NCBI GenBank assembly: GCA_024278975.1
Contig: JAJRSD010000061.1
Coordinates: forward strand, 153,320-217,319
Direction of reading: 5' to 3'
Length of the DNA stretch: 64,000 bases
DNA from: Bacteroidota bacterium
GTDB lineage: Bacteria > Bacteroidota > Bacteroidia > Bacteroidales > Prolixibacteraceae
Notes under the pieces: model-generated
Told to the model about the DNA's origin: nothing
What the model saw: the letters and a program-made list of their open reading frames with translations, nothing else
The model's database searches: none
Made by a program: the position numbers and the translations under genes
In this document: in pieces, positions 1-9,117 of the stretch
Layout of the letters: each line of letters begins with the position of its first letter
How positions within the stretch are numbered: the stretch's first letter is position 1

Positions 1-15
1 GTTATTATCAGGCAT
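1..15 (-). CDS. Possible 5' end of a gene running off the window (MPDNN...)
   Basis: ATG at 15-13 on the minus strand, 12 nt after the queD stop; only 5 codons visible. Confidence 0.25.
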
Positions 16-27
16 AATATTTTTGTT

Positions 28-477
28 TTATAAATTATCGGATGCGAACCACTCGGCAAACGAAGTAACAGTTTCGAACAGTCGAATACTAAAAAGTGTA
101 ACACCGGCGGGCATAAGTTGTTGAAGAATTTTGGCAATATCGGTAACAATATTTTCCGATGTGGGTTGATAATCGACAACAATAATACGATTGGTTGTTT
201 TTTTAAGAATTTCAATTTGTGAATTGGAAAACAGAGAGTTTACCATTAAAGCGTGATCGAAACGGTCAACAATATTCGTTTTTACAATTTTTTTTAAATC
301 ACCAAAATCAAGAACCATCCCATCTTTTGGGTCGCCCGGTTGTTTTCTCGATTCGCCTATTAATGTAACTTCGAGGTTATACGAATGGCCATGAATATTC
401 CGGCAAAGTCCATCGTACTGAAATAGTGCATGTGCCATTTCGAAATGGAAACGTTTAGTAACCCGTATTTTTGACAT
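28..477 (-). CDS. queD: 6-carboxy-5,6,7,8-tetrahydropterin synthase (PTPS/QueD family)
   Basis: FEMAHAL, CRNIHGHSY, GMVLDFGDLK, DH and PTSEN motifs. Confidence 0.9.
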   Translation of the reverse strand: MSKIRVTKRFHFEMAHALFQYDGLCRNIHGHSYNLEVTLIGESRKQPGDPKDGMVLDFGDLKKIVKTNIVDRFDHALMVNSLFSNSQIEILKKTTNRIIVVDYQPTSENIVTDIAKILQQLMPAGVTLFSIRLFETVTSFAEWFASDNL

Positions 478-705
478 TTTTTTTCTGAATTTGAATGCGT
501 GAAAATAGTAATTTTTGGGGATAAGTATAATCCTTTTTTACAATGAATTTAACAAGAAAAAATTGCTACGAATTCGCTAATGAAAAATTGAAGATCTATT
601 TGTGTATTAGTGGCTATTTGATGTTTTTTATTTTGAATTTGTCGATTATCTTCATTACAATTTAAATAGTAACTTCGTTGTTCAAATTAACAATAAGTAA
701 AAGCA

Positions 706-1404
706 TTGACACCTAAAATAATTTCTGTTAAAATTGGCTATTCAAACTCCATTTTACTTGTAAACGGAGCAAATTCTATTTTGATTGACACCGGAGTCAA
801 GGGAGATTTGCAGCAGTTTAAAACTCTGTTCAACAAATATAATCTGAAACCCACAGATGTTAAACTGATTATTTTAACCCACACCCATAACGACCACACC
901 GGCAATTTAATTGAATTGGTACAACTTACGAGAGCAAAAGTTTTGGTTCATAAAAATGAGTTTGAGAACCTGAAAACCGGGTTTACACCAATTCCATCGG
1001 GAACACGTTTTTACACCAAAGTAGTTGTTTTTTTGGGAAGAAATTTAAAACCACGTCATGCATCGCCCGAACCATTTATTGCAGATTTTACAAATATTGC
1101 GAATTATTCTCTTTCTGATTATGGAATTTCTGGCGAGGTAATTCATACTTTCGGGCACACTGCGGGTTCGCAGTCGGTTTTAATTGGAAAAACATTAATT
1201 GCAGGAGATACTTTTTTTAATATTCGCGAGAAAATTATTTTCCCGCCTTTTGCCAACAATCCGCAGCAAGTACTAAAAACCTGGGCAGTTTTATTTGGTA
1301 TGGGAATAGAAGAAATTATTCCGGCACACGGTAAAAAGTTCAGGGTTGAGAAAGCTGTTACTGAATTCGAAAAGTGGAATAAGAAATTGAAAATAAGAGG
1401 GTAA
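706..1404 (+). CDS. MBL-fold metallo-hydrolase
   Basis: LIDTG, THTHNDHTG (HxHxDH), GHTAGS, AGD and PAHG motifs; TTG start. Confidence 0.85.
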   Translation: MTPKIISVKIGYSNSILLVNGANSILIDTGVKGDLQQFKTLFNKYNLKPTDVKLIILTHTHNDHTGNLIELVQLTRAKVLVHKNEFENLKTGFTPIPSGTRFYTKVVVFLGRNLKPRHASPEPFIADFTNIANYSLSDYGISGEVIHTFGHTAGSQSVLIGKTLIAGDTFFNIREKIIFPPFANNPQQVLKTWAVLFGMGIEEIIPAHGKKFRVEKAVTEFEKWNKKLKIRG

Positions 1405-1456
1405 CCACAAAGTAGCACAAAGAAATTCACGAAGGTTCACAAAGGAACAAAGGCAC
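1404..1456. repeat. Short tandem CAC(A/G)AAG repeat tract
   Basis: CACAAAG at 1406, 1416 and 1438, CACGAAG at 1428, AACAAAG at 1446 (8-12 nt spacing), between convergent genes. Confidence 0.7.
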
Positions 1457-1504
1457 TCAATACTCCTAATTACAAACGAGGGGAAGATAACCTGATTTTA
1501 CGGG

Positions 1505-1528
1505 GATTCCCACTTCCGTGGGAATGAG
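1505..1528. repeat. REP/dRS3-like palindrome
   Basis: G-ATTCCCAC-TTCC-GTGGGAAT-GAG: perfect 8-bp inverted repeat of the ATTCCC-N8-GGGAAT type. Confidence 0.65.
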
Positions 1529-1534
1529 ATAGCA

Positions 1535-2437
1535 TTATTTTATAGTGAATGTAGTCTCCCCAATTTCGTTACCATCGGCAAAAAGGTTGATTGTATATTG
1601 TCCGGGCATAAGTTTTGGCTCATTAGAATTGTCCCAATAAATAGCTACCGGCAACTCTTTTCCTTCGTAAATAACTTCGCGCATTGCAGAATACTGAATT
1701 TTCAGGTCTTCAAACCGAAACAGATTATTTTCCGATTTACTCATCAGAAGCTGGTCGGGGCGCATAATACGGGCATAAATATTTTTAGCTCCGCGTTTTG
1801 TTGTAACGTTTGCACTCAACACAAAATAGATTTTTATTTTTGCAGTTTTTTTTGCGAACCGGGTTGTTTTACTTCGCTGATTTAACGGCTCGGCAAATAG
1901 CTCGCGCACTTCTAGCATTGATGCTCGCTGAAGATTTTGCTGAAGATTTTGTTTCTCTTTATTTAGCTTTTCATTTTTTTGTTCAACCTGTTTGTACTGC
2001 TCTTTTACTTCAAGATTTTCGGCACGAAGCTCTTTGTTTATTTCGTTTAACGAATCTATCTGAACCACAAAATCGCGCATAATTCCACGTAAAGTCGTTA
2101 CCTGTTTCTGATAACCCGATATTTTCTTGTAGCTAACTTTTTTTGTCTGTTCAACTTCAATTAACAAATCTCTAACTTTTGCCTGAGCAATAAAAAGTTG
2201 CTCGTTAATAGTATCGTTTTCAGTACTTAACGAATCGTATCCGGCTGCAATTTCGGTTAATTGAAACTGAATAGCATCTTTGTCAGCTTTTATCTCGTTA
2301 ATAATTACATTGTGCTCTTTGCGCTGAATAAAAAACAGTATAACAACTGCGACTAATACAACAGACAATGTGATTACAATTATGTTATTGCGGAGATCTT
2401 TTTTCTTTTGGTTATTTATTGCTTCTGTTTCGTTCAT
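1535..2437 (-). CDS. Membrane-anchored coiled-coil protein with C-terminal beta-rich domain, unknown function
   Basis: Single TM (NNIIVITLSVVLVAVVILFFI), long heptad-like region, beta-rich C-terminus; likely start ATG 2437 (ORF open to 2482). Confidence 0.75.
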   Translation of the reverse strand: MNETEAINNQKKKDLRNNIIVITLSVVLVAVVILFFIQRKEHNVIINEIKADKDAIQFQLTEIAAGYDSLSTENDTINEQLFIAQAKVRDLLIEVEQTKKVSYKKISGYQKQVTTLRGIMRDFVVQIDSLNEINKELRAENLEVKEQYKQVEQKNEKLNKEKQNLQQNLQRASMLEVRELFAEPLNQRSKTTRFAKKTAKIKIYFVLSANVTTKRGAKNIYARIMRPDQLLMSKSENNLFRFEDLKIQYSAMREVIYEGKELPVAIYWDNSNEPKLMPGQYTINLFADGNEIGETTFTIK

Positions 2438-2578
2438 GTTTTTTGTTTTGAAATGAGATTGAAAACAACATATATTCAACACTCATATTTTAAATAGAAC
2501 GTTACAAAATTAAGAATCTTTTGTCAAATAAACCTATTTTGTAAATTCGCATCGCTAAAATATAATTTGTTAAAATTA

Positions 2579-2965
2579 ATGAAACGAAAACCAATAATAA
2601 AGATTTACAGTTACGGCGAATATTCGAAATGGAATAGAGAGAGTAAAGAGATTCCTAAAATACTTGATTTTGCGACTAAAATAGATTGTGAAATTGGGAC
2701 TGAATTTGGATATGTTTTGCACATTAAAAATGGGAAAGGAGAAAAGTTGACTTTTAAAATTGATCACCCGCCGTTTAGCGATGACGAAGGGAATTTGCGC
2801 CCGCCGTTTACCGGAGAACAATTTATTAATACTAACAATTTTGAATTTTATCTTGGCGATTGTATTTGGGAACCACTTGACGATAAACTTGGCAGGTGGG
2901 AGTTAACAACCTATCACAATAATAAGATTGTTGCGAATATGACTTTTATTTTGTTGAAGAAATAA
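2579..2965 (+). CDS. DUF3859-like protein
   Basis: YSYGEYSKW...IPKI...EFGYVLHIK...HPPF...FYLGDCIWEP...GRWELT pattern; ATG 2579 (ORF from TTG 2567). Confidence 0.7.
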   Translation: MKRKPIIKIYSYGEYSKWNRESKEIPKILDFATKIDCEIGTEFGYVLHIKNGKGEKLTFKIDHPPFSDDEGNLRPPFTGEQFINTNNFEFYLGDCIWEPLDDKLGRWELTTYHNNKIVANMTFILLKK

Positions 2966-3063
2966 GTCCCAAGATATTTATTCAAGAGTATATTATTACT
3001 GACAATTTAGAGGAATACTAAGCATATTTTACGACAATAATTCTCCTGCCCGCTAAATGTAGT

Positions 3064-4131
3064 TTATTCAAAGATCTTGTACCACTTTTTAGCATTTGTA
3101 AAATAAATTTTGTCAATCACCTCTTTTGGTAATTTCAATCCACGAAATTCTCCATTAATTAAATTACTGGTCATTTTATTGTTGGTTACCATATATTCCC
3201 AGTCGCGCAGCCATTCAGAGTGCATTCGTTTATGCATCGATTCTTTGTTGCTATTTTCACTCTCTATTATGTCAGTTCCATAAAGAATTCTGTCCTGATA
3301 TTTAACAAAAAAATTACGAACTTTATCATAATCTTCTCTCGTCTGATAAAAGAGTTGCCCCATTCGTGCAGCCATATCAACTGAAGCATTTGGAAAACGG
3401 TCGAGAAAACTTGCCAGTTCATCAACACTCCACTCAAGACTTGCAAGGTGGCAACCTACGAAAATTAGTTCAGGATTTTTCTCTAGCATTCGGTCGCGGG
3501 CTTCCATTTGTTCTTCGTACGATGGATATTCGGGATGAATAAACATGTGGTATTTTGGATGTTCGGCAAAATAACTACTGTCGTTTTTTGTTGTCATTTT
3601 ATTAAATGGTAACCAACAATTTTTTGGTTCTCCCAAATGTGCAACCAACGGAACTCCAATTTCGGCTAGATGTTTAAAAACAGGGTCAAATTGAGGGTCG
3701 TCAATCATAATCAGAACACCATTTTTATCTCTGTATTCCATGCCAATATTTTTCCATACTTTTACTGCAACTGCACCATCGGCAATGCACTGGTCAATCC
3801 ACGAAATTGTATTTTCAGCCCAGGCAGGCTCGTCCCAGCCATCTAAACAAAATGTTGATGCATAATTAAAATCAGAAGGGAATTTGGAGTGAAGTAATTT
3901 TGTACTTTGAATTCTTTCAATAATTTTTTCGCAGTCGCCGGAATAAACATTTACGGAAAATAACTTGAAGTTATCTTTTTCTGCCTGCTCCAACGAAATA
4001 CTCTCAGAGGTGTAAATATGGTAGTGAGCATCAATTTTTTCAACAGTAGAAAAATCTTCCATCGAATAATAATTACTGCACGATGTAAATAAAAATGCAA
4101 AAATAGAGATGAGTAAAATGTTGGTTTTCAT
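3064..4131 (-). CDS. Amidohydrolase_2 family lipoprotein
   Basis: Lipobox LFTSC; IDAHYH, VKVWK, AHLGE, CHL and YGTD metal motifs. Confidence 0.8.
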   Translation of the reverse strand: MKTNILLISIFAFLFTSCSNYYSMEDFSTVEKIDAHYHIYTSESISLEQAEKDNFKLFSVNVYSGDCEKIIERIQSTKLLHSKFPSDFNYASTFCLDGWDEPAWAENTISWIDQCIADGAVAVKVWKNIGMEYRDKNGVLIMIDDPQFDPVFKHLAEIGVPLVAHLGEPKNCWLPFNKMTTKNDSSYFAEHPKYHMFIHPEYPSYEEQMEARDRMLEKNPELIFVGCHLASLEWSVDELASFLDRFPNASVDMAARMGQLFYQTREDYDKVRNFFVKYQDRILYGTDIIESENSNKESMHKRMHSEWLRDWEYMVTNNKMTSNLINGEFRGLKLPKEVIDKIYFTNAKKWYKIFE

Positions 4132-4159
4132 AATAATAGGTTTAATTTATGTTTTAAAG

Positions 4160-6508
4160 TTAGAAAAAATCATCGAAATCACTCGGAGCCTTCTCCTTTT
4201 CTACTTCATCGCAATCTAAATTAATACTAAAATTCAGAGGTTTTTTAAATTCCATCTCCTCTGTAATTCCCAACGATTTGTCTGCCAGAACTTTTTTATA
4301 AAAGTATCCCCAAATCGGAAGTGCCATATTTGCACCCTGTCCCGAACGGATATTTTTAAAATGAATACTTCGTAATTCTGCACCTGTCCAAACGCCGGCC
4401 GTAAGTTTTGGAGTTATTCCAATAAACCAACCGTCAGAGTGGTTTTGTGTAGTTCCGGTTTTTCCGGCAATTGGCATTGTAAACCGCCCATAATTATCGC
4501 GGTATCTTAGCCTTATTCCAGTTCCTTCGTTAATTACTCCTTGTAGCAAATTCAACATTAAATAAGCAGTTTGTTCGTCAATTGCTTCGTGTTTTTCTGG
4601 CTGAAAAGAGGCAATTACATTTCCATGCCGGTCTTCAATTCGTGTAACAAAATATGGTTTCGTGTAAACTCCCAGGTTCGCGTAAGTATTAAATGCCCCA
4701 ACCATTTCGTAAAGTGTAACATCCGAAACGCCCAGGAATATCGAGGAAACCGGGTCTATTGGACTGTAAATGCCGAGTCGTTTCATCACTTCGACAACAG
4801 CTTGCGGGTTGAACTGTTTTAACACCCAGGCCGAAATCCGGTTTTTAGAGTTGGCAAGTCCCCACTTTAAGGTTACCAGTTTCCCGTCCATATCCTCATC
4901 AACATCCGAGTCTTTTGGCTCGTAAATAGAACCGTCGGGTTCTTGAAACTGCTGGCTAACGTACGGAACTTTTGTACACGGAGTGTATCCGTTTTGCATT
5001 GCGAGTGTGTATAAAAATGGTTTTACGGTTGAGCCCACCTGCCGTTTTCCGTCTTTAACCATGTCGTACATAAAATACTTATAATTAGGACCGCCAACAT
5101 AAGCTTTCACTTTTCCGCTTTCGGTGTCCATTGCCATAAACGACGAACGGAAATATCGCAAATACCATTTTATGGAATCTATGGGAGACATTGTTGTATC
5201 TATTTCGCCTTTCCACGAAAAAACAGTCATGTTAACCGGTTGATTAAAATTATCCTTTATCTCTTTAAAACTTTTGCCACTATTTTTTAAAACCCGGTAT
5301 CGTTCGCTTTGTCTTATTTTCCTGTTTAACAGATCGTCCACAGTCGATTTTGTCATGTTATCAGCAAAAGGTGGATTTCTCAGATTTTTCATGCTGCCAT
5401 CGAACATTGGCTGCAGGTCGTAACGCAGATGTTGTTCAACCGCTTCAACTGCATATTTCTGCATACGCGAGTCGATGGTTGTATAAATTTTTAATCCGTC
5501 GGAATATATATTATAATTTTCGCCGTTGGGTTTTATATTTTTATTGCACCATCCAAAAAGCGGATTATTTTTCCATTCATCTAAATCTTCAATATATTTT
5601 TGCCCCTGCCACGATGGGTAATTTTTACGTTCCGGTTTTTTTGATGAGAGTGTTAACCGTAAATATTCTCGTAAATAAGGAGCTGCACCAAGTTTATAAT
5701 CTACTTTTTTGTAGTGTAAATCGAGTGGAAGGAGTTTAACAGAATCACGAACTTCCTCTGTAATATAACCATATTTCTCCATTTGGTTTAGTACAACATT
5801 TCTGCGGTTCAGTACCATTTCTGGTCGCCGAATTGGGTTGAATAACGAGGAGTTTTTTGCCATGCCAACCAACATTGCCGATTGGTGAAGTTGAAGAGAA
5901 TTGGGAGTTACACTGAAATAAACATCGGCAGCCGATTTTATTCCAACCGCATTATTTAGGTAGTCGTATTTATTCAGATACATCAGAATAATTTCCTCTT
6001 TTGTATAGCTGCGTTCAAGTTTAACGGCAATTACCCACTCTTTAAATTTCCGTAGTACTAATTCAATTTTACTTGTATTGCGTTCGCGCGGAAAGAGCAT
6101 TTTTGCCAACTGCTGACTTAACGTACTACCGCCGCCCGAACTCGAATTATTGGTAACAATTCCTTTTACAACCCTAACCAATCCTCTTAAATCAATTCCG
6201 GAGTGAGAATAAAAACGAACATCTTCGGTTGCAATTAAGGCATCTATTAATAGTGGCGGAAGATTTTTATAATCCACATAAGTACGATTTTCACGAATAA
6301 AATACCGGTCTAATACTTTGCCGTCTTCCGAATAAATCTCCGAGGCAAGAATATTTCTTGGGTTCTCCAACTCCTCGAAACTTGGCATAAAACCTAACAT
6401 TCCTTTGGCAATTAAGAAGAAAAACAGAAAGCCACCTGCAACTATAAGCAACACAGCCGACCAAAACCAAAGAATATATTTTTTGTAATTTGTTTTATTC
6501 TCAACCAT
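4160..6508 (-). CDS. mrcA: Class A penicillin-binding protein (PBP1A)
   Basis: N-terminal TM; transglycosylase EDVRF and GGSTLSQQLAK; transpeptidase STVK and KTG. Confidence 0.9.
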   Translation of the reverse strand: MVENKTNYKKYILWFWSAVLLIVAGGFLFFFLIAKGMLGFMPSFEELENPRNILASEIYSEDGKVLDRYFIRENRTYVDYKNLPPLLIDALIATEDVRFYSHSGIDLRGLVRVVKGIVTNNSSSGGGSTLSQQLAKMLFPRERNTSKIELVLRKFKEWVIAVKLERSYTKEEIILMYLNKYDYLNNAVGIKSAADVYFSVTPNSLQLHQSAMLVGMAKNSSLFNPIRRPEMVLNRRNVVLNQMEKYGYITEEVRDSVKLLPLDLHYKKVDYKLGAAPYLREYLRLTLSSKKPERKNYPSWQGQKYIEDLDEWKNNPLFGWCNKNIKPNGENYNIYSDGLKIYTTIDSRMQKYAVEAVEQHLRYDLQPMFDGSMKNLRNPPFADNMTKSTVDDLLNRKIRQSERYRVLKNSGKSFKEIKDNFNQPVNMTVFSWKGEIDTTMSPIDSIKWYLRYFRSSFMAMDTESGKVKAYVGGPNYKYFMYDMVKDGKRQVGSTVKPFLYTLAMQNGYTPCTKVPYVSQQFQEPDGSIYEPKDSDVDEDMDGKLVTLKWGLANSKNRISAWVLKQFNPQAVVEVMKRLGIYSPIDPVSSIFLGVSDVTLYEMVGAFNTYANLGVYTKPYFVTRIEDRHGNVIASFQPEKHEAIDEQTAYLMLNLLQGVINEGTGIRLRYRDNYGRFTMPIAGKTGTTQNHSDGWFIGITPKLTAGVWTGAELRSIHFKNIRSGQGANMALPIWGYFYKKVLADKSLGITEEMEFKKPLNFSINLDCDEVEKEKAPSDFDDFF

Positions 6509-6533
6509 AAATAATGTGATTATTTTATTACCG

Positions 6534-6541
6534 CAAATATA
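6534..6541 (-). promoter_or_regulatory. Bacteroidota -7 promoter element for PBP1A
   Basis: TATATTTG on the minus strand matches TAnnTTTG, about 25 nt upstream of the ATG. Confidence 0.55.
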
Positions 6542-6711
6542 TACGATTCTTGCTATACAGCAATTATTTAAACGTGTTTAAACATGCATATATTTCAGAA
6601 AAAGAAAAATAAAATATTCATTCTCAATGTTATGAGATATAAAAAATAGTGCAATATATTTTGAACTTAGCAATTGATTTGCTTTAATTTGCAAAAATTT
6701 TTTAGACGAAT

Positions 6712-9054
6712 ATGCACGAAAATCTTGTAATTGTAGAGTCACCGGCGAAGGCAAAAACCATAGAGAAGTTTCTTGGGAAAGGATTTGTGGTTACCTCCAG
6801 CATGGGTCATATCAGGGATTTAGAGAAGAAAGATTTTGGTATTGATATCGAAAATAAATTCAATCCGAGATACATTGTTTCTCCCGATAAAAAGAAGGTT
6901 GTTGCTGAATTAAAAAAGTTGGCAAAAGGTGCTGAAATGGTTTGGCTCGCATCTGATGAGGATCGCGAGGGTGAGGCTATTGCATGGCATTTAAAAGAGG
7001 TTTTAAAGTTGAAACCCGAGAATACCAAGCGAATTGTTTTTCACGAAATAACCAAAGAAGCAATTACGCGGGCAGTTGAAAATCCTCGTTCAATCGATGT
7101 TAATTTGGTAAATGCCCAGCAAGCACGGCGGGTACTCGACAGAATTGTTGGGTTTGAAGTGTCGCCGGTTTTATGGAAAAAAGTAGAACCATCGCTTTCG
7201 GCAGGTCGGGTGCAGTCGGTTGCTGTGAGGCTAATTGTTGAACGCGAGCGTGAAATTCGAAATTTTAAAAGTGAATCGTGGTTTCGTGTAAACGGCTTTT
7301 TTCTTGCCCCCGATAAAAATGGGAAAATTATAGAGTTGAAAGCCGAACTTTCTAAGAAATTCAAAACCTGGGAAGAGGCAAATACATTTTTAGAGAAATG
7401 TAAAACTGCTGAGTTTAATGTTGACGATGTAGTTAAAAAACCGGGGAAAAGATCTCCGGCTGCGCCATTTACAACTTCTACACTTCAACAAGAAGCAAGT
7501 AGGAAAATGGGATTTTCGGTGTCGCAAACAATGGCCGTTGCCCAAAAATTATACGAGAGCGGGAAAATAACTTATATGCGTACCGACTCGGTAAATTTGT
7601 CGGGACTGGCAATAAACACAGCAAAACAAAAAATTACAAGTTTACATGGCGAGAAGTATGTAAAAATACGTAAATATAAAACCAAAGCAAAAGGTGCGCA
7701 GGAAGCTCACGAAGCAATTCGTCCAACATATATGGATACTGAAAGTGTTGCCGGAACAAGCCAGGAACAACGGTTATACGAATTAATCTGGAAACGTACA
7801 ATTGCTTCGCAAATGGCCGATGCCAAATTGGAAAAAACTACAGTTTCAATTTCAATCTCGAATGCTGCCGAGAAATTTGTTGCATCTGGTGAAGTATTAA
7901 TTTTCGATGGATTTTTACGAGTTTATATTGAATCTACCGATGAGGAAAATAGTAATGGCACTGGTTTAAACGGACAGGCAATAATTCCTCCGTTAAAAAC
8001 AAACGATAAATTGCAATTGACTTCGGCAGTGGCAACCGAGCGTTTCTCGCAGCGACCTGCAAGATATACTGAAGCCTCGTTAGTAAAACGTTTAGAGGAA
8101 CTGGGAATTGGCAGGCCGTCAACTTACGCACCAACAATTACAACTATTCAAAACCGTAATTATGTGGTGAAAGAGGAGCGGACAGGTGATGAAAGAAAGT
8201 ATATTGTACTTTCGTTAAAAAACAATGAGATTACCAAACAGACGAAAAGTGAAATTACCGGGGCAGAGAAAAATAAACTTTCGCCAACCGATATAGGAAC
8301 TGTTGTAAACGATTTTTTGGTTGATAATTTCGACCTGATTATGGATTATAATTTTACAGCGAGCGTTGAAGCAGAGTTTGACGACATTGCCGATGGCAAA
8401 AAAGTTTGGAACGAAATGCTCGATAAATTCTACAAGCCTTTTCACGGGCGGGTAGAAAATGCTTTGAAAAATGCTGAACGTTCGAACGGAGAACGAATTC
8501 TTGGTGAAGACCCAAAAACAGGAAAACCGGTTTCGGTAAAAATAGGAAGATACGGGCCGTTTGCTCAAATTGGAGTAGTTAGCGACGAAGAAGGCGCAGA
8601 AAAACCAACATTTGCAAGTTTGCGCGGAGGGTTAAATCTGGAGACAATTACATTGGAAGAGGCGCTGGAATTGTTTAAACTCCCGCGTGATTTGGGCGAG
8701 TACGAAGATAAAAAAGTAGTAGTTGCAATCGGGCGGTTCGGTCCGTACGTTAGGCACGACAGTAAATTTGTTTCGTTAAATAAAGATTATGACCCATTTA
8801 CGGTTGAACTTGAAACTGCAATTGAATTAATAGAAGCAAAACGGGAAAAAGACCGGAAAGCAATTATTAGCGTTTTTGATGAAGAGCCTGAATTAAGAGT
8901 TTTAAACGGAAGGTGGGGACCTTATATTTCGTATAAAAAGAAAAACTATAAAATTCCGAAAACCACAAAAGCAGAAGAGCTTAAATTAGACGATTGTTTG
9001 AAAATTATTAAAGAGGCGCCTGAACCAAAACCGAGGCGCGGAAGAAAAAAATAG
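6712..9054 (+). CDS. topA: DNA topoisomerase I
   Basis: VESPAKAK TOPRIM, DREGE, ITYMRTDS (active Tyr), Bacteroidota Toprim_C repeats (GRYGP/GRFGP/GRWGP). Confidence 0.97.
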   Translation: MHENLVIVESPAKAKTIEKFLGKGFVVTSSMGHIRDLEKKDFGIDIENKFNPRYIVSPDKKKVVAELKKLAKGAEMVWLASDEDREGEAIAWHLKEVLKLKPENTKRIVFHEITKEAITRAVENPRSIDVNLVNAQQARRVLDRIVGFEVSPVLWKKVEPSLSAGRVQSVAVRLIVEREREIRNFKSESWFRVNGFFLAPDKNGKIIELKAELSKKFKTWEEANTFLEKCKTAEFNVDDVVKKPGKRSPAAPFTTSTLQQEASRKMGFSVSQTMAVAQKLYESGKITYMRTDSVNLSGLAINTAKQKITSLHGEKYVKIRKYKTKAKGAQEAHEAIRPTYMDTESVAGTSQEQRLYELIWKRTIASQMADAKLEKTTVSISISNAAEKFVASGEVLIFDGFLRVYIESTDEENSNGTGLNGQAIIPPLKTNDKLQLTSAVATERFSQRPARYTEASLVKRLEELGIGRPSTYAPTITTIQNRNYVVKEERTGDERKYIVLSLKNNEITKQTKSEITGAEKNKLSPTDIGTVVNDFLVDNFDLIMDYNFTASVEAEFDDIADGKKVWNEMLDKFYKPFHGRVENALKNAERSNGERILGEDPKTGKPVSVKIGRYGPFAQIGVVSDEEGAEKPTFASLRGGLNLETITLEEALELFKLPRDLGEYEDKKVVVAIGRFGPYVRHDSKFVSLNKDYDPFTVELETAIELIEAKREKDRKAIISVFDEEPELRVLNGRWGPYISYKKKNYKIPKTTKAEELKLDDCLKIIKEAPEPKPRRGRKK

Positions 9055-9086
9055 AGATAAAAGGTAAATGTTAAATCATTTGCCTT

Positions 9087-9094
9087 TATTTTTG
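9087..9094 (+). promoter_or_regulatory. Bacteroidota -7 promoter element
   Basis: TATTTTTG about 24 nt upstream of ATG 9118. Confidence 0.5.
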
Positions 9095-9117
9095 CAATAA
9101 TTTTTAAAACAAAAACT

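Noticed and set aside
478-705. preQ1 riboswitch upstream of queD
   Set aside because: No matching stem or consensus could be seen in this AT-rich region.
6567-6582. TTTAAAC-GT-GTTTAAA palindrome between PBP1A and topA
   Set aside because: A short, AT-only-rich palindrome is likely by chance, and I saw no second copy.
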